Source: the human T2T-CHM13v2.0 reference genome, Homo sapiens. Taken from it: DNA of 64,000 nucleotides. The position numbers were made by a program, and so were the translations under genes. The notes under the pieces are model-generated. The model was not told where the DNA came from. It was given only the letters and a program-made list of their open reading frames with translations, and made no database searches. This document shows, piece by piece, positions 15,631-31,287 of the stretch (its first letter is position 1; every line of letters starts with the position of its first letter). The stretch lies in the NCBI RefSeq assembly GCF_009914755.1, contig NC_060930.1; one strand, 5' to 3'.

Positions 15631-17046
15631 CCTGCCTCTCCCTCTTTCACAAGCATTTGCACATCTAAGCATCCCAACAACACCAGGTTATTACGCACCC
15701 AGCAGAAACTGAGGCCCAGAGAGGCTTAAAGATCACCCAGTGTCACACAGCAGTCTCAGCGCACTACAATACACTTTTGAAATGTCACTGACAGCTGACT
15801 GCTGAGAAACAGGCGCAGAATAAAGTGGAAGTGCCACTGGGGGTCAGCGGCTCTGGAGAGAATTAAAATTGGTAGTAAATTGAAAGGAAGAGGTGTTTGT
15901 GGGGGACACGATGAAGCGAGAAGTGACAGCCCCAGGCTATCACCTGAAGGGAAGGTCAAGGTGAGGGAGAAGCCTGCAGAGGCCACAGAGTGGACAGTTG
16001 AGGACCCAGGAGCATGGAAAGGTAGGCACGGAACAGATTAGTAAGGACAGAAAAAAAATGTTGTTTGCCATCGCATACATTTTCAGCACCAGTACAAAAG
16101 TTATAGAAGAACACACATTTTGAAGCCAGGAAGCTGACTTTTGGATTAGGACAGTTTGACTGCAGCAGCATTCACAAGAGAATCTGGTACGGCGAGTGCC
16201 ACATAATAGGCACTCAATAAATGTTTGTTCCAAATAAAAGAGACAAAAAGAGAAAAATCTGAGAACTGCTTTCATAAAGAGAAAGGCACCTAAGGGAGTA
16301 GGTGCTCAATAAATATTATTTTTTATCTTTGTGCCGTGAGAAGCCTGGGGAGCTGTAAAAGATTATCTGATCCATTTCCAAAGAGCCCTGAGCCTCTGAT
16401 TGCAATTCTCGCAAATTCCCGGGGAAGGCTGTGGAATTCCTCTCTGGAGACTTACAAACATGCTTTTAGAAGAGCCACTTGGAGGGAGTGGTTTAGACAA
16501 TTTCAAAATGGGTGAATTGAGGCAGAGAGGCTAGACCGAATGACCCTGAGGTCCTTTTCGTTTCTGATGTCCACGTAATCCCCTCAGAAGCTGAAGTTTC
16601 CACTCTGCTCCCCCATGGCACAGAGATGAACCGAATGGACCTGCAGACATTGCTGTCCCGCCAAGCTGAGGACGGCTGAGTGATTTGGAAGCCTTCCAGT
16701 AGGATCTGGTTAAATCGTAGGCCATTTATTTTGTGAAGAAATAAACCACAGAGAGCCCCTTTCAAACATGCATACAGAAATCAGGACAAAATGCCAAGCA
16801 GATTATCTGCTCAGAATTTGCTTTGAAAGAGCCCGGGCAACACTCATTTATTTTTGAGAAAATATATGATTAACCAGAGTTAACTATGAATTCAGATATT
16901 GTGCATTAGACCAGCTTCTCAAAGTTTGAGCACATTTAATATTATATATCGCTGCCATTTGGACTAAATTGTTTTTTTAATGTACACAATATTACAAATT
17001 TAATTTGAGCTGTTTGAATCAGTCTGTAAAAAAGATTTGATTATAC

Positions 17047-17197
17047 CTGAGTGTTCTGGCCCCAGCGTTTCCGTATCTCAGTAATCTTGACGGTAATTGG
17101 CTGATTGGGCGTCTCACACTCCATCTCTGCCTCAGTTTCCATGGTAATGTTACAGGAGCTATTATAGATGAGAACTTCATCTCTTTCCACTTTAGGG
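17047..17197 (-). CDS. PKHD1: Fibrocystin exon 35 (151 bp; [12 protein letters not shown]...GQNTQ)
   Basis: Within ORF 17041..17250; cag/gtataa boundaries. Confidence 0.97.
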
Positions 17198-17949
17198 CTG
17201 AAACGAGAGGGGAGGTTAAATGGGGTGTCATCAATCTTAATGAAATGCAATTATTTTTACTCTTATTAATCATTGCAAGCCATTAGCTTGTGGCAACTAC
17301 AGGCCACCATTTGTCAAATTTTGCAAATTTCTGTAATTTTGTTTCCATTCTTTTATTGTTTATTTGTTTTTCCTTTTATCTGCACACCCTGCAATGAAAA
17401 TGCACCATGGTAAATATCTTTCACTGAGGCCTTTCTCTTTTCCGAATCTATTAAAAACATTAGCAAAAGCTACTCCTAGCCCAGCTTAACAAGAAATGCA
17501 GGGACAATACTTCCAGTTCCAAAAAGGGTAACAAACGTCTGGGAGAGTTTTTGTTTTTATTTTTTTTCTTTTCCCCTTCCCTCTTCCTGCTCTTACTCAT
17601 ACTTAGTGTTGGGGGAGTAATTGCCTGAATCCCCCTAGGGCAGATGGAGAAATTGGAAAACCCACACAACTGGCTAACTGGTCCCTAATTCCAACTGTGA
17701 AAAAATGAGCTCATTTAGGCTTGCAATTCCCCCTTCCCAGCTGATGGCAATGAGGCTCTGTTGCTAGCAGTGGAACATTAACTTAGTAAATTAATTAAAC
17801 TTACTTAACAGCCCAGACTAAGGAGATTCGATATATGTGCCAGTTATACTACCAGCCACTCGCTTTAAAAGTCCTCTTGCTTTAAGGGGAGAAGCCAGAC
17901 TGGATTTAAAATAAAAAACAGCAGTGTAGCATTACAGAAAGTCTAAAAA

Positions 17950-17968
17950 TATGCCATCTAGAGGTGAG
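17950..17968 (-). promoter_or_regulatory. Candidate CTCF site
   Basis: Minus strand CACCTCTAGATGGCA fits the CTCF core. Confidence 0.4.
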
Positions 17969-18799
17969 GACATGGATAGTGAAGGGTGTCATCCTCAACA
18001 GGTGTGATATTTATTCAAGAATCATCCTGGCTGTAGGCATTTTTGCAACTAACTCAAAAATTATCAGTAATAATAATGCATGATGTTTCATATTTGTCAA
18101 CAATTTCACACGTATGATCTCATTTCAGCCTATAAATTAGGAAGAGGTGTAAAAAGTGTAACCCAAAGAGATCAAGAGATTCTCAGAAAGTCAAACACAG
18201 AACTACAGTAGCTCCGAGGTCAAAACCAGATGGTCCTGTTTCCCAGAGCAGTGCTCTCAAGTTTTGAAATGCTGATTGAACATCAGCCAGGAAGATGGCA
18301 GATCCCATGGGAAGACTAGGAAGGGTGGAGAGAAGGGCAAAAAGGTCACCACTTGAGAAACTGTACACCATGTCAAACCCTACCATCTTTTTTCAAATCA
18401 ATGTCAAAATGTTTTCTTCCACAATTTTCTAGAAATAATGAGCAGGATAACTAGTACATCTCACCACTTAATCTTCGCTTCTTCATGCTAAAATATTCTC
18501 CACTCTGTATCTACCTAAGACATGACTTCCAAACCCACAGTCCTTTAGACCTAATAATGTAGACTGTCAATATGTTAACATCATGCCACCCATATCTGAA
18601 GGCAGATTGTTTGGGCTGACCACTGGGACTCCGGTCTGCCTTTATCTGAGCCTCCTTCTCACGGTACCTGATACTGTGTTCATTTTGAAGGCCACCGTGC
18701 TTATACTTAGATAGTGGTCAATTCAAAGTCTCAGAGCTGCAGCTTTCTGAGGATTTCACCATGGTGTGTTTGTTCAAATGATTTTCTGAGGAGCACTGG

Positions 18800-19040
18800 C
18801 ATGTAAAGCTTAGGCTCAGAAGCAGATCAGCTGGATCTGAATCCCGGGGCAGATGGTTACCATCTACATGACATTGAAGACATTACTTCACTAAGCTTTG
18901 GTTTCCACATTTATAAAATGGAGTTGCCAATAATCAAGTACCTATTTTGTGGAGGTGTTGAAGAAACTGAGCAAAATGAAGCATATAAATAGATTAGCAT
19001 GGAACCTGGCACACAATACGAATCCAATAAAGGCAGCTCG
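18800..19040 (+). mobile_element. MIR
   Basis: ctggatctgaatcc...gtttccacatttataaaatgg...cctggcacac. Confidence 0.75.
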
Positions 19041-20789
19041 CGTTATAGCTGTTGGAGGTAGTAGTTTTAGTAGCATTATTGTTAAAAATGTAAATGTGGA
19101 AATTTACATTTATTATTGTTACATATCTCTCACTGGTTTAGACCTGTTGCTCAAATTTGTTTTGAATCTGTAGCCTGCTATCTAGCTGTAAATCCATTCG
19201 CTGATCCTTCGTCCACAGGGCAGACAAAGTCACAGGATAAATCCATCCTTTGCTCCTGGAGCATCAGTCGTATTCCAAGATTCAGAAAGGAAAAGCAAAG
19301 TAATTTAACTTTTAAATTAAAATGCAATGTAATATTTAGATCAATACAGAAATGTGATGGAATCAAATGCAAAATTCACGCAGACTTTTAAAACACCTCA
19401 CTTCAGAGCAACTTGAGGCTTGCATCAGGCCACTTTGGGCTTTGCACCTAGAACCTTTTTTTGTTACTGGGGGTGGAGAAGTGGTTGGAATAGTTTGTGA
19501 AGGTCTCCCGCTATGTTTATATCATAAGTCACTTATAAACCTATCAGAAAGGAAATGAAGTTGGTTTCCCACACCATCACATTCTTCGTAAATCGGTTTC
19601 CAGATGGCTACTTTCATTTCTGAAGGCTCACAAACTATCTGATGAATAGTTCATTTTAGAATTTTGTCAGGGATAACACCAAGCTTAGTTGTCTAAATTT
19701 CCAGAATTCCTCCTCTTTTTTTTAGGTTCATAGAATATCTGCCCATCACCTCTGTTATGTGACCCCTTCTCATGGTTCATTGCCAGCAATAGGTCCTCAA
19801 TCATAAGAGTGAGTTTTTTGTACCCAGTTTATGAATGATCTGAGACTACAGACTTGAACTCAAGGAAAGTAGTGACCAACTTCCTTCTACATCCTTTCTT
19901 GGCCTTGGGCTTCCACTTGCCTCATAAACCTTCTTATGCCCTTTCCTGACTCTTCGCTGGCAGAGGTACAAGTAAAATGGGCTGAGTCACTCTGCCCTCT
20001 GTTTGCCTGTTAGGAACACACTGTTTTCACTAAGCATGTTATTCTTGCTCTGAAGAGAATTAAACCCCTTTCTGTTAGCTTGGACTTTTTGTTTACCAGC
20101 TTCAGCTCACACTTTTTTCCATATTTGTAACTACCTTGCTAGAAATGTTTTTCATTAAAAAGCCATCACCAAAATTAGCTGAGACACCAGGATATCCAAA
20201 ATAGGTTAACATTTACAAAATTTCAAAGCTTCTAAATAGCTAGCTACTCTTCCATGGTTTCTTCCACAATAATCCTATGAATTAAGAAGCACAGTTGGCC
20301 ATATTTAAATATAAATATAAGCATATATATATGCAACATAAGCATATATAGACAGAGAGATCAATATATGTACAGATACAGATACAGATATACATGCATA
20401 CACACTGCACGCACACACACATATTTACTTTGGGGGATATGGTTTAAAATATTGGGTAAAAATGGTGGCAAAGATTGTTCTAGTATCTAAGACTCCTGAC
20501 TCCCAAACTATTGTTCTTTAGTTGATCTGATTAGATCCTAAAGTAAGCAAGTAACCTTGGCTGTGCTCCTTAGGATAGGTAGGGAAAACAATTTGCAGGC
20601 ATTTTCTCTCCCTCACTTCCCCTGAAGTTGCTTCCTGTGGCTCTGAAACCTCACTGAACCCACAAAGCTCAGCCAGGGCTCTCACACTGAAGCTGCCAGC
20701 ACAGCATTGCACTAAGCACACTGCGTCAGAAGCCTTGAGTTCCAGTCTCAACACTGCCATGGCTTGACTGTGTGACTTTGGGAAATTAC

Positions 20790-21220
20790 TTAATCTTCAC
20801 TTAGAAGAGAATCCAAACTCTTTACTTTGGCCTTCAATGCCTTACATATCTCTCCGAGCTCATCTGGGGCCACTTTTCCTCCTTCTCAGTCTACTCCCAC
20901 CCTCCTAGCCTCTGAACAGTCATAAAACTCGACAGTTCTTTTGCATTTGCTGCTGCCACTGCCTCACCCTCCATAAAGACACCTGCTTCTCTTCGTAACA
21001 TAAAAGACTTCTTCAGAGAAGCCTCCTCTGAGTACACTCTCTAAAGTAGCCCCCCTTTATTTTTCTATCACTTTATAGCACTTATCACAACACGTGATCA
21101 TCCTGTTTATTATCTGACTTTCTTCTCTACCCTTAAGGGGCAGGGACTTTCATGACATCCACGAATGAGCCACCAGTACCTGTCACAACACCTAGAACAG
21201 AGTAGGGATGTGATCAATAC
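20790..21220 (+). mobile_element. L2 3' end
   Basis: aatccaaactc...cagagaagcctcctctgag...gcacttatcaca...gggcagggac pattern, tail on the right. Confidence 0.7.
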
Positions 21221-21548
21221 TGGATAGATGGATGGATCATGGATGGATGGATGGATGGATGGATGGAGAGATGGATGGATGGATGAATATACTGGATAAA
21301 CAGATGGATCATGGATGGATGGATGAATGGATGGGTGGATGGATGGATGAATACACTGGATAAATGGATGGATCATGGATGGATGAATGGATTGATGGAT
21401 GGATGGATAGATGGATGGATGGATGAATATACTGGATGGATGGATGGATGGATGGATGGATGGATGGATGGATGGATGGATGGATGAATATACTGGATAG
21501 ATGGATGGATCATGGATGGATGGATGGATGGATGGATGGATGGACGGA
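21221..21548. repeat. Compound (TGGA)n microsatellite/VNTR
   Basis: TGGA runs punctuated by recurring gaatatactgga and gatcatgga motifs. Confidence 0.97.
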
Positions 21549-22260
21549 CGAATAGACAGGGTATAATTTTTGCCACAGATGCACTTCTCCCTTTGCCAAA
21601 TGACATCAAACCCCATAGATGTTGTGGATGGCAGGGAGATACAGCATTGTGTTCCCTGGAAAAACACATAAAAACTCAATGAAGAAAATAAATATGGTCA
21701 GTACTCCAACCACCTAGAGATAGGCACCATCAACATTCTTGGATACATCTTTCCAGCCTTTTCTCTAGTAACCTATGTGTGTACAAACATATACACTATA
21801 TACAACAGTAGGATCAAATTGATATACGCTTTTGAGACCTGTGATTTTCACTTCTCAATATATTATAAATATTTCCCTGTCTGGTTAAATATTCTACATC
21901 CTAATTTTTAAAGGTGACTTAGTATCATATCATTTGGATACATTCTTTATTACTAAAACTTGTTTCATTGCAAATTTTTTTTGATACCTGAAACTTCAAA
22001 GAACATGATTGTTATAAATATTACACATTTCTATCTACTTTCTTAAAATCCTAAAAGAGAAATTGCTGGGTCACAGAGTATAAAGAATTTAAGGTTATTC
22101 GTGAATCGGCAAATTGTCCTCTGACGATTGCATTACCTTACCTTCCCACTGGCAAAAAGACCGCTGCCAGTTTCCCCCACTCTCATCCCCATTAAACTTT
22201 GTTTGTTTAAATCATAGGGCACTTATTATAATTCTTACTCAAGAAAACATACCCACTTTT

Positions 22261-22643
<383 letters not shown>

Positions 22644-23061
22644 TCAATGCGTTCTGAGGCTCAGTTGCTTCAGCCATCCCATACAATGAAGAGGAAGAGC
22701 ATGGAAGAACTCCAAAGAAGAGTTTTGGGGATTCAGATGAAGTCCCTGAATTCAATGGAGCCAGGACCTACTGACATGTACTTCCTGGTGTCCAGCATCA
22801 GTAAGTTCTGAAATCCAGTCTCACCTGAGTACAATACCCAGCACTCCATTTCCTGTGTGAGCTAAACAGAGTTCTTCTTGCCCTTTTAGAAAGCAACCAG
22901 CCAAGGAGGTTCCTCTTTTCCTCCAGCTAAACCTAAACCTCTGGTGCCAAATTCACACTAAAACACAAACTGTCTCAGGACATCACAAAGTCAGATGCCA
23001 TGAAAAGAGCTGGTTATCTCTTTCACCGTGGGGAAGTGGTCTTGTTTAGTTTCATATTTTA

Positions 23062-23403
<342 letters not shown>

Positions 23404-24124
23404 TCAAAGGTAGCCACTCTATCTACGTAAGACATAAAGAAGTTTACATGACAATGTTCAGTCATGAGACACTGCCCTGTATAGGAAAGGAACTCCTTGC
23501 TGAAATGAAAGCAATCCAGAATTACTAGCATGGTCACACTTCTTTTTTATTTGTTTAGAAAAGGGGGGTTAACTTGGAAAGTTGTGGTGTTTATTTGTCA
23601 GCCTCTTTTTTAAGTTAAAAAAATTCTTATACGCTTATGGCTTCTAAATCCTAGATCTACAGTAATTCCGCCTATGCAACCCTCCTTCTTTTGAATAAAC
23701 ATTGTACAATCTGCTGGATTTCTCTATGGCTTTTTTTCATACTTGTGAATCTGTTTGGAAAGAAAAGAAAAAGGAAAGCGGGGAAAAAGCCTTCTGTTTT
23801 TCATAACGTCTAATCTTTTTCCCCATTGGCATTCACCAGATGTTGCTTTGGATCGGAAGATAAATATTAAAATCTAAGCAAGAACAAAGCGAGCTGTTTA
23901 CTGGGCAGATTTTTCAGATGTTCTCTTAAACAGTTGAAAAAGACAGGAGATGCTTTGATATGCAGGCTGGCTGGAATCCACAATGGAATGGGCCCTCCAA
24001 GAGAGTTGTAGCCCTTACCACGGCTGCCAGGCCACATCCACCCAGCCTACACTCTCTGATGGCTCCATCGGTCCATTGGCCAAGCATTTGTGGGGAAGTT
24101 CAGGGAGGGAGAAGGTAAAGTTAC

Positions 24125-24344
24125 CTGATAAAGAGGCCCGAGAATGATGGAAACATTGACTCTGCCCAATGATCTGGCACAAAGAGGCATTGGGAACTTT
24201 CCTCGCAAATGTAGAGGTAAGGCCACGATTCAAGCAGTTGCTCTGTCGCCATGGCAACTGTCAAATCACACTGCACATAGGTGTGTCTGGCAGCCTCACA
24301 GCTGTCCTCCTCACGCTTCAGGCCACACAGGAAGGCCAAGGACA
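24125..24344 (-). CDS. PKHD1: Fibrocystin exon 34 (220 bp; [13 protein letters not shown]...GLFI)
   Basis: ORF 24121..24345; cag/gtaact boundaries. Confidence 0.97.
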
Positions 24345-24599
24345 CTGCAGGAAACAGTCACCATTAGGAAAGAACCACAGAGAGAACCTAAGGCCTCTAG
24401 TCGGTTTCACAAATGAAGTTCCTGTGTCCTCCTTTGACCAATAGGAATATGAAGTTAGCAGTTTACTTTTTTTAAAATGTATTGTATATGTGTAATGTAC
24501 ACAGAAAAATACAAGTATCATTTTTGTAAAATATGAATAATCATCATAAAAAAAACTCAAGTGAATTTCCCAGCCAACATAAGATATAAAACACTTGTA

Positions 24600-25650
<1,051 letters not shown>

Positions 25651-27199
25651 TGAATTTCTTGATTTTCACATAATTATAAACATTAGCATGTTATAGAGAT
25701 AAAAAGCAAGTATTTGAAGCATGCTGACTCTCAGGCCATTTTTTTCTGAGTCATGACCCACATATAAAAAGCATCATGAGGCAGACTGGGAATGATCTTT
25801 AACTAGAAGATGAACAAAGCTCCACATGAGATGGTTTAGGAGCAGCTCTGTCTGAAAACCTTAATAAAGAGGGAAAATTTAAAAAAATCTCTGTAGCCTG
25901 CTTCCTCTGCAGCAAGCCTGCCCATGTGGGTAATGCAACAGAGGTTATCAAGGGCCGTAGGCTTAGACCTGTGCTTCCCCGCCTCATTACAGTGCTGTGG
26001 CAAGGGTTACATGAGATAAGTACGTGGGGGAGGGTTTGTAGTTATACAATCATGCCCAAATAGTACTATTGTTGCTGTTATATTCTAAAGCACCTGGCAC
26101 CTAGGAGGTTGGCTGTGAATGTGTTTTGAATGAATTAGAGCAATAAAAATGACTGACAGTAGGACTCTTGTATGAACAGACAAAACATAAGAACTTTCCA
26201 GTTAGTAAGCCCTAAGGCAAATAAAAACAAGCTCCACACCTATAAAATAATGAATTCATTAAAGGTGATTAAGTAGATGCAAATTGACAAGCAGGATTAT
26301 GAAAATCACCCAGGGCTGGGGATCAAAATCTATGGGTTTTACTCAAAGTTCTGCCACTAAATAGCTGTGTGACCTTAATCACTTTAGCTTTCCATGCCTT
26401 ATGGAAAAGTTAAAGTTTCCATGAAAATGTCATGTGGTATAATTCAAGGTATAAATGCAAGAAAGCCAAAGATCAAAGATTTTGCTCATTTTAAACAAAC
26501 ACAAAGTATTAGTTTCACCTAACAGGATGTTTTGGCAACTCATTACAAGAAAAAGGAAATTTCTCCTATGGTTAGAAGTACAGTTTGTGGGGATGGTAAA
26601 AATGGGTGACCTCCAAAATAGCAAAAGCACATTTGTAGAGCCCCCTGCTTTAACTCCCCCTGCCCCACACATGTAAAGAAAACATATTAGTTCTGTGGCA
26701 CAGGCATAAACAAAACAATAATTAAGAACGTTTGAGTTCAGGGTCATTATCTGTAACCTGGAATGTGAAACATCACTCTATGGTACAAAGTCAAACTGAA
26801 GAAAAAAACTCAAAGCACGGGTCAGAATTCAAAGCGACCTTGGTAAATGAGAGAAGTTAACAGAAATAAACAAAAGAACAAATGAAAAGAGTAAGACAGT
26901 AAACTACAAAAGAAAAAAAGAAATCATATAAATATGAGGAAAGTCCAGCTGTGCACAGCCATGGTAGAAATGCGTGCGTGCACACACACACCCCTTGGGA
27001 TAACAGTAGGTAACAGAAAGCTTATTAACCAGCAAGACTGCAGTATAATTGTACAAACAAACATGGGATCAGACGATACACAGGCATCTTACGATGCTAC
27101 CCAATTTGGCCAGAACTTGCTTGTATAGAACAGCTTCCTCATTTGGGGCTTCAAATTAGGAAAGAATATAGGATTTCAGAGAGGGCTGAAAAGTGAGAT

Positions 27200-27320
27200 A
27201 CTAAAATGTTTACTTGGAAAGTTTCTGATTCAGTAGGGCCCAAGAATTCACATTTCTAACAAGCTCCTGGGTGAGGCCCTTGCAGCTACTGCTCTGGGAA
27301 GCACACTTCCAGAACTGCTG
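27200..27320. mobile_element. MER5A-like fragment
   Basis: gtttctgattcagtagg...cccaagaattcacatttctaacaagctcc. Confidence 0.7.
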
Positions 27321-27872
27321 CCATAGAGGAACTAAGAATACTCCACTTTCCAAAGAACCACCCGCTGATTAAGGTTGAAAAAATTAGAGTAGGGGAGCAT
27401 CCATTAGGCAGAGGATGGATTTCTCTGAAAAGAGCAACTGCGAAACACTTGTAAGGGTTGCTGCTGGGAAATTCTCCCCTGAAAAATCTTTAAAAATACA
27501 AGTGATTTTTAGCTAACTTGGTTGTACTCAATCCTGTCTGAAAATGGAGAAATTAGTAGTAGTTTCTAGTAATGTCTAAGACCTATCCCCTTTGACATTT
27601 GATGTCCATTATAGACCTACTTCCTAGGGAAAAAAAAAAATACACAGTCATACACTCAAAATGCTTCATCCAGTTTCAGCGGGTTAACAGAATCCCCAAA
27701 TCCCATCTTGGATCTTAAGTAAGAAACCTCTGGAGTTGGCTCTCACAATTTCCTCTCAATCTTTAGACATTGTGATTGAAAGTCTTTTAAAAGACTTTTT
27801 TATGAAAGGAAAATTAGTTAAATTATGCATTCCTCTAGAGTAAATGTGTGCCTTGCACAATCAATGAGTGTT

Positions 27873-27891
27873 TGGTGACACCTAGTGGCCA
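27873..27891 (-). promoter_or_regulatory. Candidate CTCF site
   Basis: Minus strand TGGCCACTAGGTGTCACCA, strong CTCF consensus match. Confidence 0.6.
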
Positions 27892-29514
27892 TATAAATAG
27901 TTACAGTTTCCAACTAATTTTCCTCTTTAAAAAATCATGGAATGTTGAGTTCTTTTCTAAATCTTTCTAAACACAATAATTATTTTATTATTCTTCCCCA
28001 AGAAGTTATAAAACTTAAAATATCACAACTTACCTGATCCTGAAACATCATTGATTTTTATCTTATACTAGTTGAAATTAAGTGTTTTGAAATAATAACA
28101 CGGGGCTTTTAAAAGTATATTAATTTGAGCAGTGTATATATGAAAGCTTTTTTAAAAAATGTAGCAGTATTAGTTAAAAATTAGAGCCTATAAATGTGCA
28201 GTCTTAGCTTTCTGTTTATGCTATCTCTCATTTATTCCTCACCAAGCACTAATTTTGCACATACCCTCTGCAACACTGTTCCTAGCAGAGGAGGTAGAGC
28301 AGTGAATCAGACAATGTTTTGAACTTCAATCTTCTATTGTATCTTAAATTTCCCATTGTGGACTCTATCTCTCTTCCATAATGTGTTTATATACATGATG
28401 ATAATAGGAAACTCAATTTCTAGCATTTTAACAAAAATTTTTTTCTCCTCCCCTTCTTCTTCCTCTTCCCTCTTCCCCCTCCTCCTTCCCCTCCTTCTCC
28501 TCTTTGTATAAGACAACACAGCACAAATTTCCATCACAATAGCATTATCCATCATTAAATTCTCATCCAAGCTCAGATGATGTGGTGCTTTTATCATTTT
28601 GTAAATCTTTAGCCCACATTCAAGTTGCAGACAAATAAATTAGGAATAAAACTTAAACACTACACAGAAAGGAGGTATGTAAACGGTTAAGTGCACAGGT
28701 ACAAGATTTATGATTAGGCAAATAAGGTAATCACCTGGCTAAATGTGAGCTATCTCAAATGTAGTAAGGTCCTGTAGTAATAACAGTAATTTCTTCCTTT
28801 TGACTTTATTTCCTGAAGCTCAGTGGGGTATTACCATGTGTTGTGAATCCCCAAGCTTTGCAACTTACTCTCTCATCTCTTTCCCCACAAAGACACGGCT
28901 TCTCATACCACAATTTATATGATCACTACGCAGCTTAAAGTAGTGAGCAATTGTGGTGTTTTACTGAATAAGAAATAAGTAATTATGTGAGTATTGCAAA
29001 ACAAGAAGACAACATGAGTGTTGGCTCTTTTGCCTATAATAAGAAACCGAAAACTGAACACACAAAGCTAATTTTCAAGTGATATCCAGCTTGAAAATCT
29101 CCATCCCTTTACTGGTACCTCCAATAAGCAGATGTCTTCAGCAACCTCACCTCAGAACAAAGCCAAGAGCTTGTTTCCTCCATGACTCCTATAGCTGTCA
29201 TTGAAACTAATATTCAGAATTCAGAATTACTTCCTCTGTCATCCTAAGACTGCAGTTAAGAACACAGGTGATAAGTGTTTCAATATTCATCTAACATTGA
29301 CATATTAATATGACAAAAGTTATGATGAATCATTGTAACAGGTGGCCTCAGATTCTAACTATCATTTTAGATGAGGAGTAGAGAAATTCTTTTCCTAGGC
29401 ACACATAGAGAAATTAGTAGTCAGTACAGCATTAATCACAAAAATAGAATTAACCAAAGAATATCATTTCCATATATATGCTTTAAAATATATGTGTGTG
29501 GCATCTTTACTCAC

Positions 29515-29658
29515 CATCCAGGGGCAGAACCAAGCAGCTGAAGGCAGACACTGTAGCATTAGCCAGGACTCGGCAGGGAGCACCACACACAGCAGCTGAG
29601 ACATTCCCTGGAGAAAATCCCGCTCCAAACACATGCACCAGCCTTCCACCCAGGCAGC
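29515..29658 (-). CDS. PKHD1: Fibrocystin exon 33 (144 bp; [12 protein letters not shown]...LPLD)
   Basis: aag/gtgagt boundaries; translation match. Confidence 0.96.
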
Positions 29659-31287
29659 CTTTAAAGACAAAGGTACAAGTTCTTGATCATACAGGCAAAT
29701 CTCCCTTCTTTACTCAACTCAAAATTCAAACATTTGCTTCCTCACTACCCATTCTTCTTTTCACATCCTCAGAATCCGCACAACTGGCTTGAGGTGGCTG
29801 CTGGCCTCAGTTTCCTCTCCACTTAGGCTCTGGCCTTGTCTGACTCCAATCACATTCAATATCCTATTGTGTTAAAGAGGTTTTTTTTTAATGTAACAAT
29901 TTTTATATGGAAAATTAATGCTTATTTATAGTTTTTAAACTTTTTATTCAAAGAGCCATAAAATGAAAATAAAAATTCCCCCAACCATCTGACTCCCTCC
30001 CCGGAGGTACCCAGGTATAGAGTTTCTTATGGCTCCTTCCAGAATTTTTAAGCATCTATGTTTCTGATTCAAAGCATTATTCTATCCATATTATTCTGGA
30101 ACTTGCTTTTTTGCTTCAAAGTATAGCATAGATGTTTTTTCAAAACTCTATGGATCCAGTTCATTTTAGTAGCTACTTAGAATTCCATTATAGGGCCCTG
30201 CTACAATTTATTTGACAATTTTCCTATTTATTGAAATTTCCATTTTTTCTCCTCTTTTGCTATTGTTAATAGTGATGCAATAACTGTACATGTTTTGGGA
30301 CATTTGTATGAGTAAAACCAGTCCACATTTCTAGTTTACACTGAGATACAGAGTTCCCCTCACTACTGCCTTCATACCAGGTCTAGGTGGTACTTAGCCA
30401 CTTGACTAACTCAAAAATAATGCTTTTGGTTTAAGATGCATTTCTTATTTCCCTGCTCTTCCATCATAAAAAAACATGGAATCTTAGGGAGTAGTGCCTT
30501 TATCAAATAAGGAAGCTGAGTCTCAGAAAAGTCAAGCATAAATTAGCAAAATTAGTGATAGACTAGAGCCAAATCCTAGTCCCCACAGTGTTCCACCAAG
30601 CTGAGACCAAATTTTTTCTAAGAAACGTCTTAGTTAGTACTCCAACAGTCTAAGATTCTGTTTCTATAGTTTTTTTCCTTACTTTCTAAATCACAACCAA
30701 ATTTGAACTATCTCAAGTGCAACAAGGCTTTAAGTGAATAGAAATTGAAAGCTTTTCTTCACTGGAGGGAAAGGCTAGGCAATTTTTGTTATATCTAAAC
30801 GGAGAAAACAGTTCAACCAATTTAATTGTTCTGTGCATTTGGCTTATTATTGTTGAAATATGAGTCCACCTGTGAAATATTACAAAATGATAAAAAATTA
30901 ATCATACTTAATAAATTTTAAACAACGCAAATTGGCAGATAGGGTCTAAAACTAGGTGAAGGCATTTACGTTCTTAAATGATCAAATTATGAGCTCTTAC
31001 AAATGGTGTTATTTAATTTAAAATACAAATCCAGTTAATGCATCAAATTAAAATACAATCAAACATTTAGAGAATATGCACAGTTTCCTTGATAAAAATA
31101 AAAAAAATCTTCATAAACAGAGCATAACAAAGACAAGCCTCAGGAAGGAATTGGGATTGTAAGAAGCCAGTGGGCTTCTCTTTCCTTCCATCAGGCAGAT
31201 TGTGTTAATTTTCTACTTTCCAGAAGTGAAAGGAGCTACCAATTCATTTACATAAAGAAAGTGTGCTGTCTTATTTGCTTGACTTAC

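Noticed and set aside
21110-21679. 189-aa IHPS-repeat ORF
   Set aside because: Translation of the (TCCA)n microsatellite.
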